A DNA stretch of 64,000 nucleotides from Hydrolagus colliei. Its lineage: Eukaryota. Under the pieces are notes generated by a model that saw only the letters and a program-made list of their open reading frames with translations, had not been told where the DNA came from and did no database searches. This document shows, in pieces, positions 24,929-37,735 of the stretch; the stretch's first letter is position 1; each line of letters begins with the position of its first letter. Made by a program: the position numbers and the translations under genes. The stretch is from contig CM068751.1 of the NCBI GenBank assembly GCA_035084275.1, positions 5,022,001-5,086,000 on the forward strand. Direction: 5' to 3'.

Positions 24929-27488
24929 ATGTCTTATTTTATTGATACTTTTTAGTAAATAGTTGATTTGAAACAATTGACACACAAATGTTATCAGTCC
25001 TTAAATAGTTAAGTTCTATGTGTTGCAGATGCAGTTTAAATGATACATAGATGAAGCAGGCACTTGGAATAATGTTGTTGATTTTCCTGTCACAGTGACA
25101 TGTATCTCTGTTCGACTGGTCTTATTGTGTTCCTTGAATCTTAATGACGATGAATAATCTTCTAGACTCTATCCAGATTCAAGATTAAAGTAATACATGC
25201 CTTTATGATTAAAACATTTTGCTAATCACCACAGCTAAAACTAAAACAACATTTTATTCTAGTTCATATACAATGAACCATCAATATTACAAATGCTGTA
25301 ATTACAAATAACAGGGTTGAAATTAACTTTTCCCTTAGATCTGCTGCATGATTCATTGTGGTTCATGAATGAGTCAAAATCTGAGAAACATACATCTTAT
25401 AGTCAAAAGCTCTACTTGAGTGGCAAACAACTATGGTTGACTGCAACCATGCACTTGGGGCATTGGAATAACAGTTTTGTTTCCAATGAGGGTAATTAGC
25501 ACATAAGTTACTGTGGATGAAAACTTGCAGTTTAATCATGGGCTCCAGGTAAATAAAGGCAGTTTTGTACTGTTATCAAACCCCCTATTGGTTTTACTGC
25601 CATTTAGCTTTGATCCATAGAATTCAATATTTCTGCACAAGTGTCAGAATTAACAATAAAGGAACACAGAAAAACTTTCAAAAATCCAAATGATTACACT
25701 TACAATGTCATTATTCACACTGAATTGCTCAGGAAAGCAAAATACATGTAAATAGGCTGCAGGGTGTTTCTTCTGGAGGGCAAAGAGTTATCATTATACT
25801 AATGTTATTTGTGAGGCAAATGGAATTGAGCAAAAGCCCTCAGGTTCAAAAAAATCATTGCAAACATAATACATAATCCAGCAGTTTCATTCCTCTACCT
25901 CTCAGACGTGCAACCGAGATCTATATCTAATACTGGTGGGTGGTTGAGCAGTTCCCAGAGGAAGGTAGGCTTTAAAGGCAGCAAGAAACATCATTTGTAA
26001 TAATAATAAAAATACAGTTTACAATTGAATCCACAAACCTTGATGCGATTCCAGGGGAGCCCAAAAGGACAGAGATAAATGAGTGACTTTGTTCTATCGA
26101 AAGTCAACAACAGTTCTGGGATCTGTGTCTAGGGGCAAGAGAAGGAGCTGATGAATCAACTCTGAATGGGAGCAGATGGCTGCCTGGCTGGCCTGGTGGC
26201 AGTGATGCAGACAGCCTTCATACATTATTAAGGAACCACCAGCTATGTAATTGTGTTCACTGTAAAATGTAATTTGTTGGCCGCGCGAAAGCCAGAGTAA
26301 TCCCAATGCCCCCGTCACAGTTAATTTTTCATGCATTCTATGTCCAAATCCCACCGTTGTCTATCTCCTGGCATTCTATTCTTGGGTTAATTTCTTTACA
26401 CTTAACAGGGCCGAAATGGGCGACCTCAATCGGTCGAACACGGATATGCTAAGAGTCATTTGCATTCTGGTGTTTTGGTAATCGCATGACGTGAAGGAAT
26501 GTTCATGACCGCTTTCAAAGGCTTGGCACAAATCGGCGATAATTCTGTACCATCATTTTCATTCTGTTCACCACAACTCACGTCCTCAAAACCCAATCAA
26601 ATGAAAGTGAACACAGCTAAACTTTCTTGCCTTCCAATTGAGTCTCGCTCTCGCCTGCTGAGGTACATTTCTACAGTGGCAGCAGATACTCACCATTGAA
26701 TTAAAACTGAAATAGTGATCGGAATAAAGGAGAGAATTGACGTTGGAGAACTGGATTCCATCATCTACCCTCTTCTCGAACCTCAATAAATTCAGTCCCA
26801 ATTTGAGTTTAGGCCCTTCATAGAAGCCTTGTGATTGATTGTACCCTCTCTAACTCAGGGAGCAGAGCTGTTTTATGTAGGATGTTCTTTTGTTTAAATT
26901 ATGGCATATGTAACCTTCCGTGTTGCATCATGATTAACCTTTTCCTGTGTGCACAAATTCTTTGCATATCTTTGAGTAAGTAAATATGATTGACTAGACC
27001 ATGGTAAAGTATGGAAACATTGATAATATTTTCATAAGTGTGTTTTCATTCATCAACATGCAGAGCCAATTATACCAAGATTTATAAGGTATTGCTTTCT
27101 CCTGACATCGCTTCTCTCAGCTCCACTCCTATTTCTGCTTGCTGCTGTTTCTCTTTGTTTTCTTTAAATGTTTTGACATTAATTTCCTTCTTTGCCATTT
27201 CTCTTAAGCTTCAGTGTTTAATTTCCATTTTTCCAAATCCCTCTGGTCTCCATTCCTGAATTAAGGAACGTTTATTTTCCCCCCTGAGAAACTTGGGCGA
27301 GGGCCACAGTGGATAGATTAGGACAGCAACATGGTTGAAAATTACAGCAGGTTAGTATGTCTGGTGCGGTCTGAAGATCTTCTCATACAAATCCCATTAC
27401 GATGGGTGTTCATGGCAAACATTCCTGCAGACAAATACAATGTAACAAGTTATTTTCTCAGCTGGAGGAAGATAAAAGTGTCTCAGTG

Positions 27489-27627
27489 CAACAACAATCA
27501 CAAAATAAGCGCTTTGAGACGTCGTTAAGATGTGAAAAGTGCTCTATGAAATGCAAGGATTATTATTATTATTAAAATAACATTTGTGGAGAGCGCCTTT
27601 GATGTCGGGAGGACGTCCCAAGGCGCT
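27489..27627 (-). mobile_element. L2 3' tail interrupted by a SINE tail
   Basis: caacaacaa...[insert]...catttgtggagagcgcctttgatgtcgggaggacgtcccaaggcgct. Confidence 0.75.
27509..27573 (+). mobile_element. SINE 3' tail only, with 7-bp TSD
   Basis: gcgctttgagacgtcg...gcaaggattattattattatt, flanked by aaaataa at 27502-27508 and 27574-27580. Confidence 0.8.
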
Positions 27628-28425
27628 AGTGCACAAATTGACGTATCTCAGTTGAAGCTTGTGAAACATGTTAGAAATGGGAAGAAAATGAGAGGATTTT
27701 GTCTGTTGCTGGGCAAAGTTGATTTCTGATTAACTTTAGAAGAGATTCACTCTACAAAATCATGGGAACATTCACTGATGACATACATTATCTACTGAAA
27801 GCAAATCACTGATCTGTAGCCTTGCAGGATAGAGGCTGGAAGCAGGGGAGCAATGGCACATTTCATTAACTGTATATCTTGTAGAATATAAAATTATTTG
27901 GCACTTCTAGCATATTAACTTTCACTTGAAAGATTCAAGTCTAATCAAACAGGGTAAATGTATCTCTATAACCGAAGCAGGTTCAGTCCCTCAGCTTTGA
28001 CACAACCCTTATGTTCAGTTCTTTTGGAGACTGCGTCAATGAAATAGGAATTTCGCTAAAACTGCCTGCTGCAGCTTCAGGCTTTTGATAACAGCACTTC
28101 CTCTAGGGCAGGCGGCAAATGGGATACTTTGGCACAGCTTACTTCCCTTACTCTATTTTTAATTTTCTTTGTTATTTTTCCTTTTTATTTGCCACATTAA
28201 GTTTCTACATAGCTTGCTGCGGTCTCCTGTTTTATCAGTGGCAGATTCTCATTGACCTCACTGTGGTGTTTCCAGCATTTTTGGTATTATTCCAATTAGG
28301 TTTTGGTTATCCACAGGCCTCAATGGAATGATGTCCACTGTAGGATTCACCTCTTCAAATCCAGTTTAATTTTGCACGTTTGTGAAAAGTAGTAACAAGC
28401 TTATCTAGCAACGTGACTGTGAAGC

Positions 28426-28491
28426 TGTGAAGCGCTTTGAGATGTCTAGAAGGTATGAAAAGCGCTATATGAAATGTTTATTATTATTATT
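28426..28491 (+). mobile_element. SINE 3' tail fragment
   Basis: ctgtgaagcgctttgagatgtctagaaggtatgaaaagcgctatat followed by (ATT)n. Confidence 0.8.
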
Positions 28492-29119
28492 TGCCTCTTT
28501 CTTCCTACCACCACTTGATTGTAATGTAAACATTGAATTTAGTTTAATGGAAGAAGCTGAATCTAGCAAAATTGGAATGCCTTTACAAATATAATTTACT
28601 ACCAACAACCAGCTATCCAATTTTACCTGAGATGAGATTATACTGATTTGTAACGTGAAAGTTGTGCAAGATATATCTTACACCACGTTACAGTTTGATC
28701 TTCCTATGTTGCGGTGCAAATCTCCCCTCTATAGTATTGTGTTGACAATTTTCTTGGCCCCAGTCTTCAGAAGTAAAACTATTCTGGTAACTTGATGAAT
28801 TTTCGGGTTTGGAAGTGCGATGTTTCAAATTGTTAAAGTGCGGATTCACACCCACAAATCCACAGGTTCCCTTGTTTCTACTGCAATATTGGGGAAGTTA
28901 ATTTGAAAGGGAGGATCAATTTTACATATTTGATGAGCTTTCACATGGGAGACTTCATGTGTTTGACAGCAGAATGTTCCAACTACCATCCCTCTATCTG
29001 GTTATCGTAAAGATGGCAGCAGATTTCAATAAGCAAGTCACAATTTCTTACCAGCAGACAATAAATTCATGATCAAAGAAAGAGGACCTCACTCTGTCTG
29101 ACTGTCTGCAGAAATCTAT

Positions 29120-29230
29120 CCCAAGTCCCTCCCCGCCATGCTCAGGTCCTGATGCCTGACTGTTCAGTGCCTCGGGATGTCCTTCTGACGTGAAAGGCAC
29201 TCTACACATGTAACTTTGTTGTTGTGTTGT
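29120..29230 (+). mobile_element. L2 3' tail fragment
   Basis: cagtgcctcgggatgtccttctgacgtgaaaggcactcta followed by (GTT)n. Confidence 0.75.
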
Positions 29231-29631
29231 ATCCGATGTCCCTCCGCTTATCTCCCTGTGTGGTTTATTGTATGAAAAAACTATTCTTTATTGTAATGCT
29301 GTGATCATGCAAAAGAGCAAACTTACAAATAATAACTTATAACTTATGTAAGTTATCGAAGCTACCTACATGGAGGGCACTACTCTATATAGGATGAATA
29401 AAAAGACTGTACTTGCAGAGGTTTTAACTATTTACCATATTCCTTTTTGTTTAGACAACATTCATAGAGTGTGCAGCTACTGCAGAAAATGTCATTCATT
29501 GCATTTGTGAAAGATTTTGTCACTGAGTTAATATGTGTAAATGACTACATGGCATGCAGTTTGAACATCTCATACCTATGGTATGAGTAAGGACCTTTGA
29601 GTCACCCTGTACATATTCAAGTTGTTGTTAC

Positions 29632-30616
29632 TAGGGTCCGTCGATATGGAAAATTTTCCGATTAAATATATTGATGGGCTCATATTGAGATATACCGAAA
29701 TATCGATATTTTCAGGTTTTTCGTACTGCGCATGCGCGCGCGCATTCGGAGTGCGCGCGCATCGGGGCCTTTCTTCTCAGGAGGTAAATATCTTTCTCTC
29801 TCTGTGTCTCTCACTCTCTCCATCTCTGTGTTTTTCTGTCTGTATGTCTCTGTGACTCTCTACCCTCTCACATACCCCCATCTCTATCTATCTGTATATT
29901 ATCGCATCCACCCCGTCTCTCCCCCCCACCCCGCCGTCCCTCTCTCGCACCCCCCACCTCCGTCGTCTCTCTCCCCCACCAACCCCCCAGCCATCTCTTT
30001 CTCCCTCCCCCCCCCGCCATCTCTCTCTACCTCCCCCCCCAGCCGTCTCTCTCACCCCCCCAGCTGTCTTTCTCCCCCCAGCTGTCTCTCTCACCCTCCC
30101 TCCAGCCGTCTCTCTCCCCCTCTCCTCCCCCCCCAACCATCTCTCTCCCCACCCCAGCCGTCTCTCTCCCCCTCCCCCCAGCCGTCTCTCTCCCCCTCTC
30201 CCCCCACCCAGCCGTCTCTCTCCCCCTCTTCCCCCCCCCCAGCCGTATCTCTCCCCCTCCCCCCAGCCGCATCTCTCCCCCTCCCCCCAGCCGTCTCTCT
30301 CCCCCTCACCCCCCCCAGCAGTCTCTCTCCCCCTCACCCCCCACCCCCAGCCGTCTCTCTCACCCCCCAGTCCTTGCATACCTGTATATTGTATTCGAGG
30401 ACTGTGAATACAATATGGCAGCTTTGCACCTCGGTCTGTGCATTGTGTATAGAGATGAGCATTCTGGGTCTTGTAGTTCAGTGTGCTCGCATCCCGATTT
30501 TTTACCTCGATATATTGTTTTTTCGATATATCGATATTTTTAAAATGTCTATATCGGCGTATCGATATAAAAATTATATCGGGTTTAGCGATATATCGAT
30601 ATGTCGCCGGACCCTA
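29632..30616. mobile_element. hAT-type non-autonomous element with 8-bp TSD
   Basis: TIRs tagggtccgtcga / tcgccggacccta; TSD gttgttac at 29624-29631 and 30617-30624; subterminal cgatat repeats. Confidence 0.88.
29905..30370 (+). repeat. C-rich minisatellite (cccccagccgtctctctc-like unit) inside the hAT element
   Basis: More than a dozen degenerate ~20-28-bp units; these account for the low-complexity ORFs at 29732-30664. Confidence 0.9.
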
Positions 30617-31075
30617 GTTGTTACTATAAAATCTTCATCATTGAAGCAGAAAAGCAGGAACTGACATTGACAGTTAACCAACAAACCAATATCTACTCCC
30701 ATGTAATCCCATTATTTGTGAAGTTTTCTGTTATTTCAGCCTCTTTGGGTATATGTTTGTTTATGATCTTACCAACAGTGGTCAAGGTCACGGCATTGTT
30801 TCTAGTTGAGTTCAAATCAAGTTCATAACTTGATTTGAAAGAGCAGTTTGAATGGCATAGAGCATTCATATTTGCATGATGATGCAATTTAAAAATATAT
30901 ATATATTCGACCCATCTTTCATTAAAGATGTCAATATTTGATGTACAAACACTGACGGGCGTAGAATATGTACTGCTCTGACATCTGGCTTAGGGCAGCT
31001 AGAGTTCACACCTGCTTCAAAGCTTGCAATATGTGGAGATTGGCAACATTCCCACTTGAAGAAACCTGAAGCACA

Positions 31076-31240
31076 ATAATAATCCGTGCATTTGATCTAA
31101 CACCTTTCGTATCAGGAGAATGTCTCGATGCTCTTCACAGGATTTATTGCAATGTAGACTGAGTGGTTGTGTATTTTTTAGGCAAATGCTGCAGTCCCAT
31201 TTCGCACAACACTGTCCCACAAGCAGCCATGAACTGAATG
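31076..31240 (-). mobile_element. Diverged SINE 3' part
   Basis: aataataatccgtgcatttgat...cttcacag...cacaacactgtcccacaagcagccatg. Confidence 0.65.
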
Positions 31241-34200
31241 ACTGATTTTATTTTGTGGGGAATTGTTGGTTAGGGCACCTATGTTCTTCTCTACTGATTC
31301 CTTACAGAAATGTAACAGTAGTCCAACAGAAGTTTGACACTGCAAGCAAAGAAAGCACTATGAATGTTGAGGAGTTACGTTTCGGGGATACAGATCTTGA
31401 TCCAAGGACAAGACTGCAGATTTAATGTGAAACAACTAACCAGTTTCTTTTTTTTTTAAATGTTTGCGTTAAAATTAAATCCTTTCACAATCTATATTTT
31501 GTCAGAGCAAAACCAGAGGTTTTGTCAGAGGTTCAACGTATCGCGAATTAGCCGAGTGAGGCTCACTGACTGAATGCTTCATGAAAGCAGATGGGTTATC
31601 TCTTCAAAGCAAACACATTATCAGCACCACACATGTAGAAGCGAATTGGATTTTGTTCCAATTCTGAGCTGGACTGCAGCATAAACTGACACAACTCTTG
31701 GCTGCTGCAAATGAATGAATTTGACATTTGGTGGTGGTTTGTGCTCCTGCAGTCATATTCAGATTCGATCTGGCCTCACAAAGCCTCATACTTGAGGCAC
31801 TGATGTCTTCATGTATGCAAAATAACAACATCACATATTACATAGACGTTCATTGATTTCTGAGACTTGCACAGAATCAGCCCTGAAGTGCAATAAAATA
31901 AACCAAGAACAGCGAGAGAGTGAAGTTGTCTGACAAATAAGTGTTGCTCTAGGTCTTTGTGAACAGCAACTTGTTGTATTTTGTTAAATTTACCAATTTG
32001 CTGAATCATGGTTGTTTAGGGCATTGCTGACACAAACAGTGATGGATTCAGCATGTGGGCTCATTTCCCACAACAGGGTGGTCTCGGAAAATATCCTTTA
32101 GCTGCTTGAGTACTGGTTAACAGGATCATTGATTCTCACCACCGCAAATTACTATTGCAAAACAAGACGGAATCTTGAGAATTCATGCTAATCTTGGGAA
32201 TTCACTTTTGTCATCATTTGCCAATTCTCGCTCTTTCATTCATTACTAACTACTCCGCAGGTAAAAAAACAGAAACTATAAAAATACTGAGGATACCAGG
32301 ATTCAATGCAAAACCATTTTTTTCCCCAAAGCTATTGTATCATTCATTTTTTTTCTGATGAGTACAGCACTGTAAAACAATCTCTACCCGATTCTATCCA
32401 AATCACATATTTCATGACAGAGACTTGGTTAGATAATAAAATTGATGGAGCTCAGAGTGCTTGTAACAATCCTCAGAAGCAACCTTTTACAGTGGGATCA
32501 CTTGCTGGAAGTACTTTAGGAATTACAGGTGATCAACAGTCATGTGATGCTCTCCACTGAACCTTTGATCATTTAATATACAGTAATGAGTTACCCAAAT
32601 AGACCATATGATATCCGTACCAATGTCACTGTTCTGCTTTGGTGCTAATTGATGAATCTTCTTCCCACAGCCCCACTCACCCACCCAGCCCAGAATATCC
32701 CGAAATTTCATGTATCATTTAAAATAGAATTTTAATTTCATAATTGCATGACAAGTATCTCAGCACACAAGGAAAACATTGCCAAACTCTGCCTAACATT
32801 CTGAAGATTAGCTCCATAGGAATATATTCATTACCTTAAATGATCTGAGCAGAATAATTATCAGTAATCCTGCAGCTAACAGTTTCCTTCAGCTGATTAG
32901 GGATGAATATTTTCAGTTAGATAAGAGAGATAGATAGAGATAGAGAAAGACATAGAGTGAGTCATACTATTTTATTAGGTGATGTCTCATTCCCTGGCCT
33001 AGAACTCGAGTTTTCTTTGTACGCTGCAGGAATGTAGAACCATAGAACAAGGTGTTTGTGGAGCATTATTATCTGGCTCAGCTATTGTTTTATAGATTGA
33101 TGTCACATAGGCATACGAAAGACAATAAATGATGCTTCTGCCAGGTTTGTGGCAGCAAGCGATGAACTATAACAGGCTCCCCAGCTCCAGTCTAAATTGT
33201 GAGTACTTGTTTAGCAAACTCAATTTAGATAATAAGCTCCAAATTGAATTTGTCACTGTGGTGTAAATGTGGTTTGTGACACTGAGCTGCAAGAGAAATG
33301 AGCACTGCAATCCTGGTCTGATTTGGGACTCTCACTAAACAAGCAGGATGATTGATGTCTACTGGATGAAGTTTCACATCATACCACTTTTTAAAGGCAT
33401 GAGTCGTTCATACATCTCAATATGTTTTTTGCCTTTCTAATACTCTATTCATCTGCAAATTACTTCATTAGATCTGAGTATATAGTTATGTTGAAAGTCC
33501 TACCGAATTGAATCTGCCCTGATTTATAATTTGTACAAGAAAGCTGCAATTTTGTGAACTGAATAGTAACTAATGATGGATGAATAGCTCCAAAGCTCGT
33601 TCCCAGGGTATACTAGAAACAAAATCTGAGAATAAATATGTGCTAATGAAGAGGTATAGCTCTAAACACTTGTGTTCCAGTAATTATATAAACATCATGA
33701 ATGAATGATGGCAACTTTGAATGCTGAATGGAATAAGATCAGTTAAGATATATTGACACTCTGTGTTTTACAATTCTAAATTGTAAAAAAAAACTTGCAT
33801 TTGATAAAAGCTTCTTATAGCATTGTAATGTCTCAAAGCACAGTTTTCTCATAGGTTATTGTGCTCTGCAACAAACGCAGCAGTCTTAATAAAGTTGACT
33901 TTATGCTGTGCCCATTGCAAACCAGACCAACAACTTACTACGTACCTGTATTTATAATTCACCATTTTCTAAATTCCTGAGTGTTTTAATTGTATTTGTC
34001 AACTATTTACTGACGATTTATATTTGGCTTGACAGGATCCACGCAACTGCAATCTGAAGCATTTCACAGAGCGAGTCATTTGAGGATTTGTCACAGTCTT
34101 TAACACTGAAGCGCAGTTTGCATTATCTCAGAGTATTCCGGGGAGATAAGCCAACAGAGCAGCAATAAGGAATTCAAGTGGGGGGGCGGGCGGGCAGGCG

Positions 34201-34280
34201 AGAGACGGAGAGTGAAAAAGGTTCACCTTTATATCTTAAAGCAACTTCAAAATGTGTCAAATATGTTTTGTATGGGGTGT

Positions 34281-34612
34281 CTAAAGCACTTCCATTTTTA
34301 ATGAGACAGTAATGGCAATGCTGATTTGCCACCTGCTAAAGCTGTGTGTGATTTTGACTGTTGTTTCCCTGCACATTTTATTTGTGAATTCTAAAGCATT
34401 TCCCAACCTTTTGAATTGAGAGAGCGCAAATGGTTCCCCATAGGGTCTGGTTGCAGGAATGCTGTGAATATAAAACGTGGTGCATTTGCACATCATTTTC
34501 ATGGTGTCGTGTGACCTTCTTTACAGATCTTTAATGAAATTATTTCAATCTGTTTATTTTCGAATCCCAAGTCCCAGCACTCCCATTCCAATGTTAAACT
34601 GTAGTCTGTGAA
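34281..34612 (-). pseudogene. Non-LTR retrotransposon ORF fragment, homologous to 36640-36890
   Basis: HRLQFNIGMGVLGL...IEIISLKICKEG...MCKCTTFYIHSIPATRPYGEPFALSQFKRLGNALEFTNK aligns to the 36.7-kb copy with many third-position changes. Confidence 0.6.
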
Positions 34613-34819
34613 CTAATCATTTTAACAATATTATTTCATCCTAAATGACAAGAAATGCACTACTTATTTGACAGTATTCTTAATTAAATTCATATATTTA
34701 TAGGGTAAGCAGAAGAAAATCAACAGAGTTTTTTTTCAAATCTCTCTCTTTTTAAAAAAAAACTTTTCGCTCATAAAGCCAACGTTTCACGCTGGCATTT
34801 GGTTCCATGGTCCAAAGAA

Positions 34820-34980
34820 ACCTATTTAACATTCACCTGAACAGGCAGACATCTTAATTGAACATCTCATCCAAAGACGACAGCACCTCCATCTATTCCC
34901 TCAGTACTGCCTGGACTTTGAGCTCAAGATGTGAACCCATAACCTCCTGAACCAAAGGTGAGAGTGCTACCAATCAAGCT
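34820..34980 (-). mobile_element. Old DeuSINE (SacSINE1-like) remnant
   Basis: catctcatccaaagac..agcacctcc...ccctcagtactgc...gaacccataacct...gagagtgctacca is the antisense of the element at 50608-51175. Confidence 0.65.
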
Positions 34981-35899
34981 TGTTTTTCAGAGTAAGCTCA
35001 AAGTCTAGCCACAATGCAGAATGATGCCGACCGAACTGTGAATTACTGGAAGTACTGTAGTTCAATCGGGGAGTGAGGGCACAATGCAAGCAACCAGGTT
35101 ACAAGAAGAACCTATCCCTCACTTAGAACCTACTGGTTTCTTTTGATCATCTGTGGGCTAAAGTGGAGATTAATTTTCCCTGGCTTATTTAATGAATTTG
35201 GATTGTGATAATTAGGAGCTGGGAGCCTGCCAGTGTGCGGAGAAATGTTCTCTGCAGAATAAAAAAAAGGCCCTGTTGAACAATATAAGTCATCACGGGA
35301 TCTTCATCCATGCATAATAAAGCTCAAATTGTAGGGCTTTGCCAATGAGTAGCCAATGGATTATAAACCATCTCTGTCTTACAATGAGATTCAGGTGGTA
35401 ATGACTCTCGGGAACAGAGAATTATTCGTAAAACAGCAAACTGGCACATAATTAAAGAAACAATATTATTATCAGAGGTTCAGTAATGAAGTGACCCAAA
35501 TCACTAAGATGATTCTAAGTGGGTCACAGACTCTATTATCATGGCTATTTAGATAAAATTGCTATGTTAAGTTGATCTTTTATGTCTGTAGTCTGATTTA
35601 GAAATAAGACACAACAAATGGATTAAAATTGTGATTAATGTAACTGAAAAAGCATCAGAACATTTAAACCACAGATCCGTTCTTAGTAAATATTCTGTGG
35701 AAGAATAATGAATGTTTATTATTTTTGCTGCTTTTGAATTTTCTTCTTTTCTCTCACGACTTCACTGGTTTGTGCTACAGTATTGGCATGCAGTGCAGTT
35801 TTGTTCTCCATATGAAACCCTGTAATTCACCTGATTTTAACACCGAGACCATTTTATCATAAAATGGTAAGATTGTGCAGAATTGTGGCTCATTTCTCA

Positions 35900-37060
35900 A
35901 TTCAGTGTTATCTTGGAAGCATTTTTCATCAAGTTCCTAAGAAGAACTCACTTCCAAACGATATTGGATATGAGAATTTTCCATGTTGTGGATTCTAAGA
36001 TACTGTATTCAGAAAATGTGGTTAGACAGGTTAAGACAATGTCTTCAGGCCATCAGAACTTGTCCAGGTGATCGTTTCTAATGCATGACTGTTGGCCTTT
36101 TCATATATCACAGTATAGTCCAATTTCTATTCTCATGCAATGACTCCACATAAATGTTTTCCAATAGAGGTCACAAACTACAATCAGGATTGGAAACTTA
36201 GCTGATTTCTCTCTTTTCACCCTATAGAGGATAACAAGTTTCATTCTTCTCCTCTCCCCTCTAGGTGCCCAAGAGTTGGCAAAACTCACTTAGTTGAGAC
36301 AAGTGAGCGTGTGACCAGTAATGTGGGTAATCATTCTTGTGATTAAAGTAAAGAACTCAGTCACTGGAGATATTTAGTAAATTGTTCTCCCCCACATTAT
36401 TGTACCGTATATCAAATGCTTCTCATAAAACTTCTCCTGAGGTTTTCTGAACTGAGACAACTTGGTTAATTTATCTCTAAGTATAAACAATTGTTCTAAG
36501 TTTAAATTTGCAGATTTTAAAAGGAAAAACCTCGACTGTTTAAAATGCGAGGCAAAAGTGGTTTTCCATTTCGATGAATTATGGAAAGTTGAATTGTTAC
36601 TTTTTGGAGTTGTACGTGATTCAGATGATGATTTAACTATAAATTTATTTGTGAGGTATAAAGCATTTTAGAACCCTTTGAATTGTGAGAGTAGAAATGG
36701 CCCCCCGTGGGCTCTGGCAGCTATGATGGTGTGGATCTAAAATTCGGCACATTTCCACATCGTTCTAATGGCCATTTGCAAAAGAATCTGAACCTTCCCT
36801 CCAAATCTTTAATGAAGTCATTTCAATCTATTCTGTTTCTGAATTTTGAGATAAGGCATCCTCATTTCAATGTTAAAGCACAGTCTGTGTATAATAATAA
36901 CAGGCTTTCAAAACCTTCAGGCTGCCAGTCGTCTAGAAAAGGATTGGGATATAAGATAGTGAAAGGATGCACTGTCTTTGGGAGCCATGCAAAAAAGATT
37001 ACTGATGGAGCGGATGTATTTATTTTATGTGGTAACCAATTTGAAGTTCAGACTTTAAGC
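35900..37060 (-). pseudogene. Probable REL-endonuclease (R2-group; Hero/NeSL/CRE-like) LINE fossil, post-RT and endonuclease region
   Basis: Stop- and frameshift-ridden minus-strand frames give KL...KYIRS...HRLCFNI and WKCAEF*IH...GPFLLSQFK. They also give LYCDI...PEDIVL...ILESTTW, resembling the PDIV...IELT.PWE REL motif. Confidence 0.5.
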
Positions 37061-37644
37061 AAGTGACAATTGGAGGTCAAATTTTTACCAGACATTAGGT
37101 TTGCTGTGGCTTTGCACTGACAATATACACTAGATAGTTTATTCTGTTCATGTGGGTAACTCTTGGGAGGTAGGTGTAAAACAATAGGATAGAATAGGAT
37201 TAAGTGCCTGAAATGTGAATCAGTGAAGGGAGACGTAAAGTGAGAAGAATAAGGACCTATCGGAGTGTATTAGAATTGGAAATGCAGGAAACTGAAAGTC
37301 AGATGATGGGGGAGGGAAGAAATTGATGGGAAGGAAAACTGACTTATTTCCTTCAGAGACTGTTTAGCACATTTATTGTTCCACCTTCCATTGTGGTTTT
37401 TGTGTATAAGTGAACAATTAGATTTTTACAATGAATACTGGATTAAAATATTAAACAGCAGGAAGGTAAGATTTATTCCCGTCCCGAAACAAAATACATC
37501 TTTTTCGCATCGCTGAATATTTCTGGAAGCCAGGAATGATTAAAGATAAAGAAAATACCTCCAAACACACAGTGCAAACATTTCAAGTGTGTGCTAATTT
37601 ACTCACATTTAAACATTATTAACGATTTACAAGTTTGACTGAAC

Positions 37645-37735
37645 CCCCAGCTCGGATGGCAAACTCATGGTAGTCCAGCACCTTGAGACGTCCTACTGAT
37701 ATGGAAGGAGCTGTAGAAATGCAGGATTTGGGTTT
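37645..37735 (+). mobile_element. Diverged L2 3' tail
   Basis: cagcaccttgagacgtcctactgatatggaaggagctgtagaaatgca. Confidence 0.55.

Noticed and set aside
29732-30664. 310-aa Pro/Ser-rich ORF and antisense Gly/Arg/Glu ORFs
   Set aside because: Artefacts of the C-rich minisatellite inside a MITE.
36462-37066. Plus-strand ORFs of 69 and 119 aa as a gene or endogenous viral element
   Set aside because: The substitution pattern against the 34.4-kb homologue favours the minus strand, and the motifs fit a LINE better.
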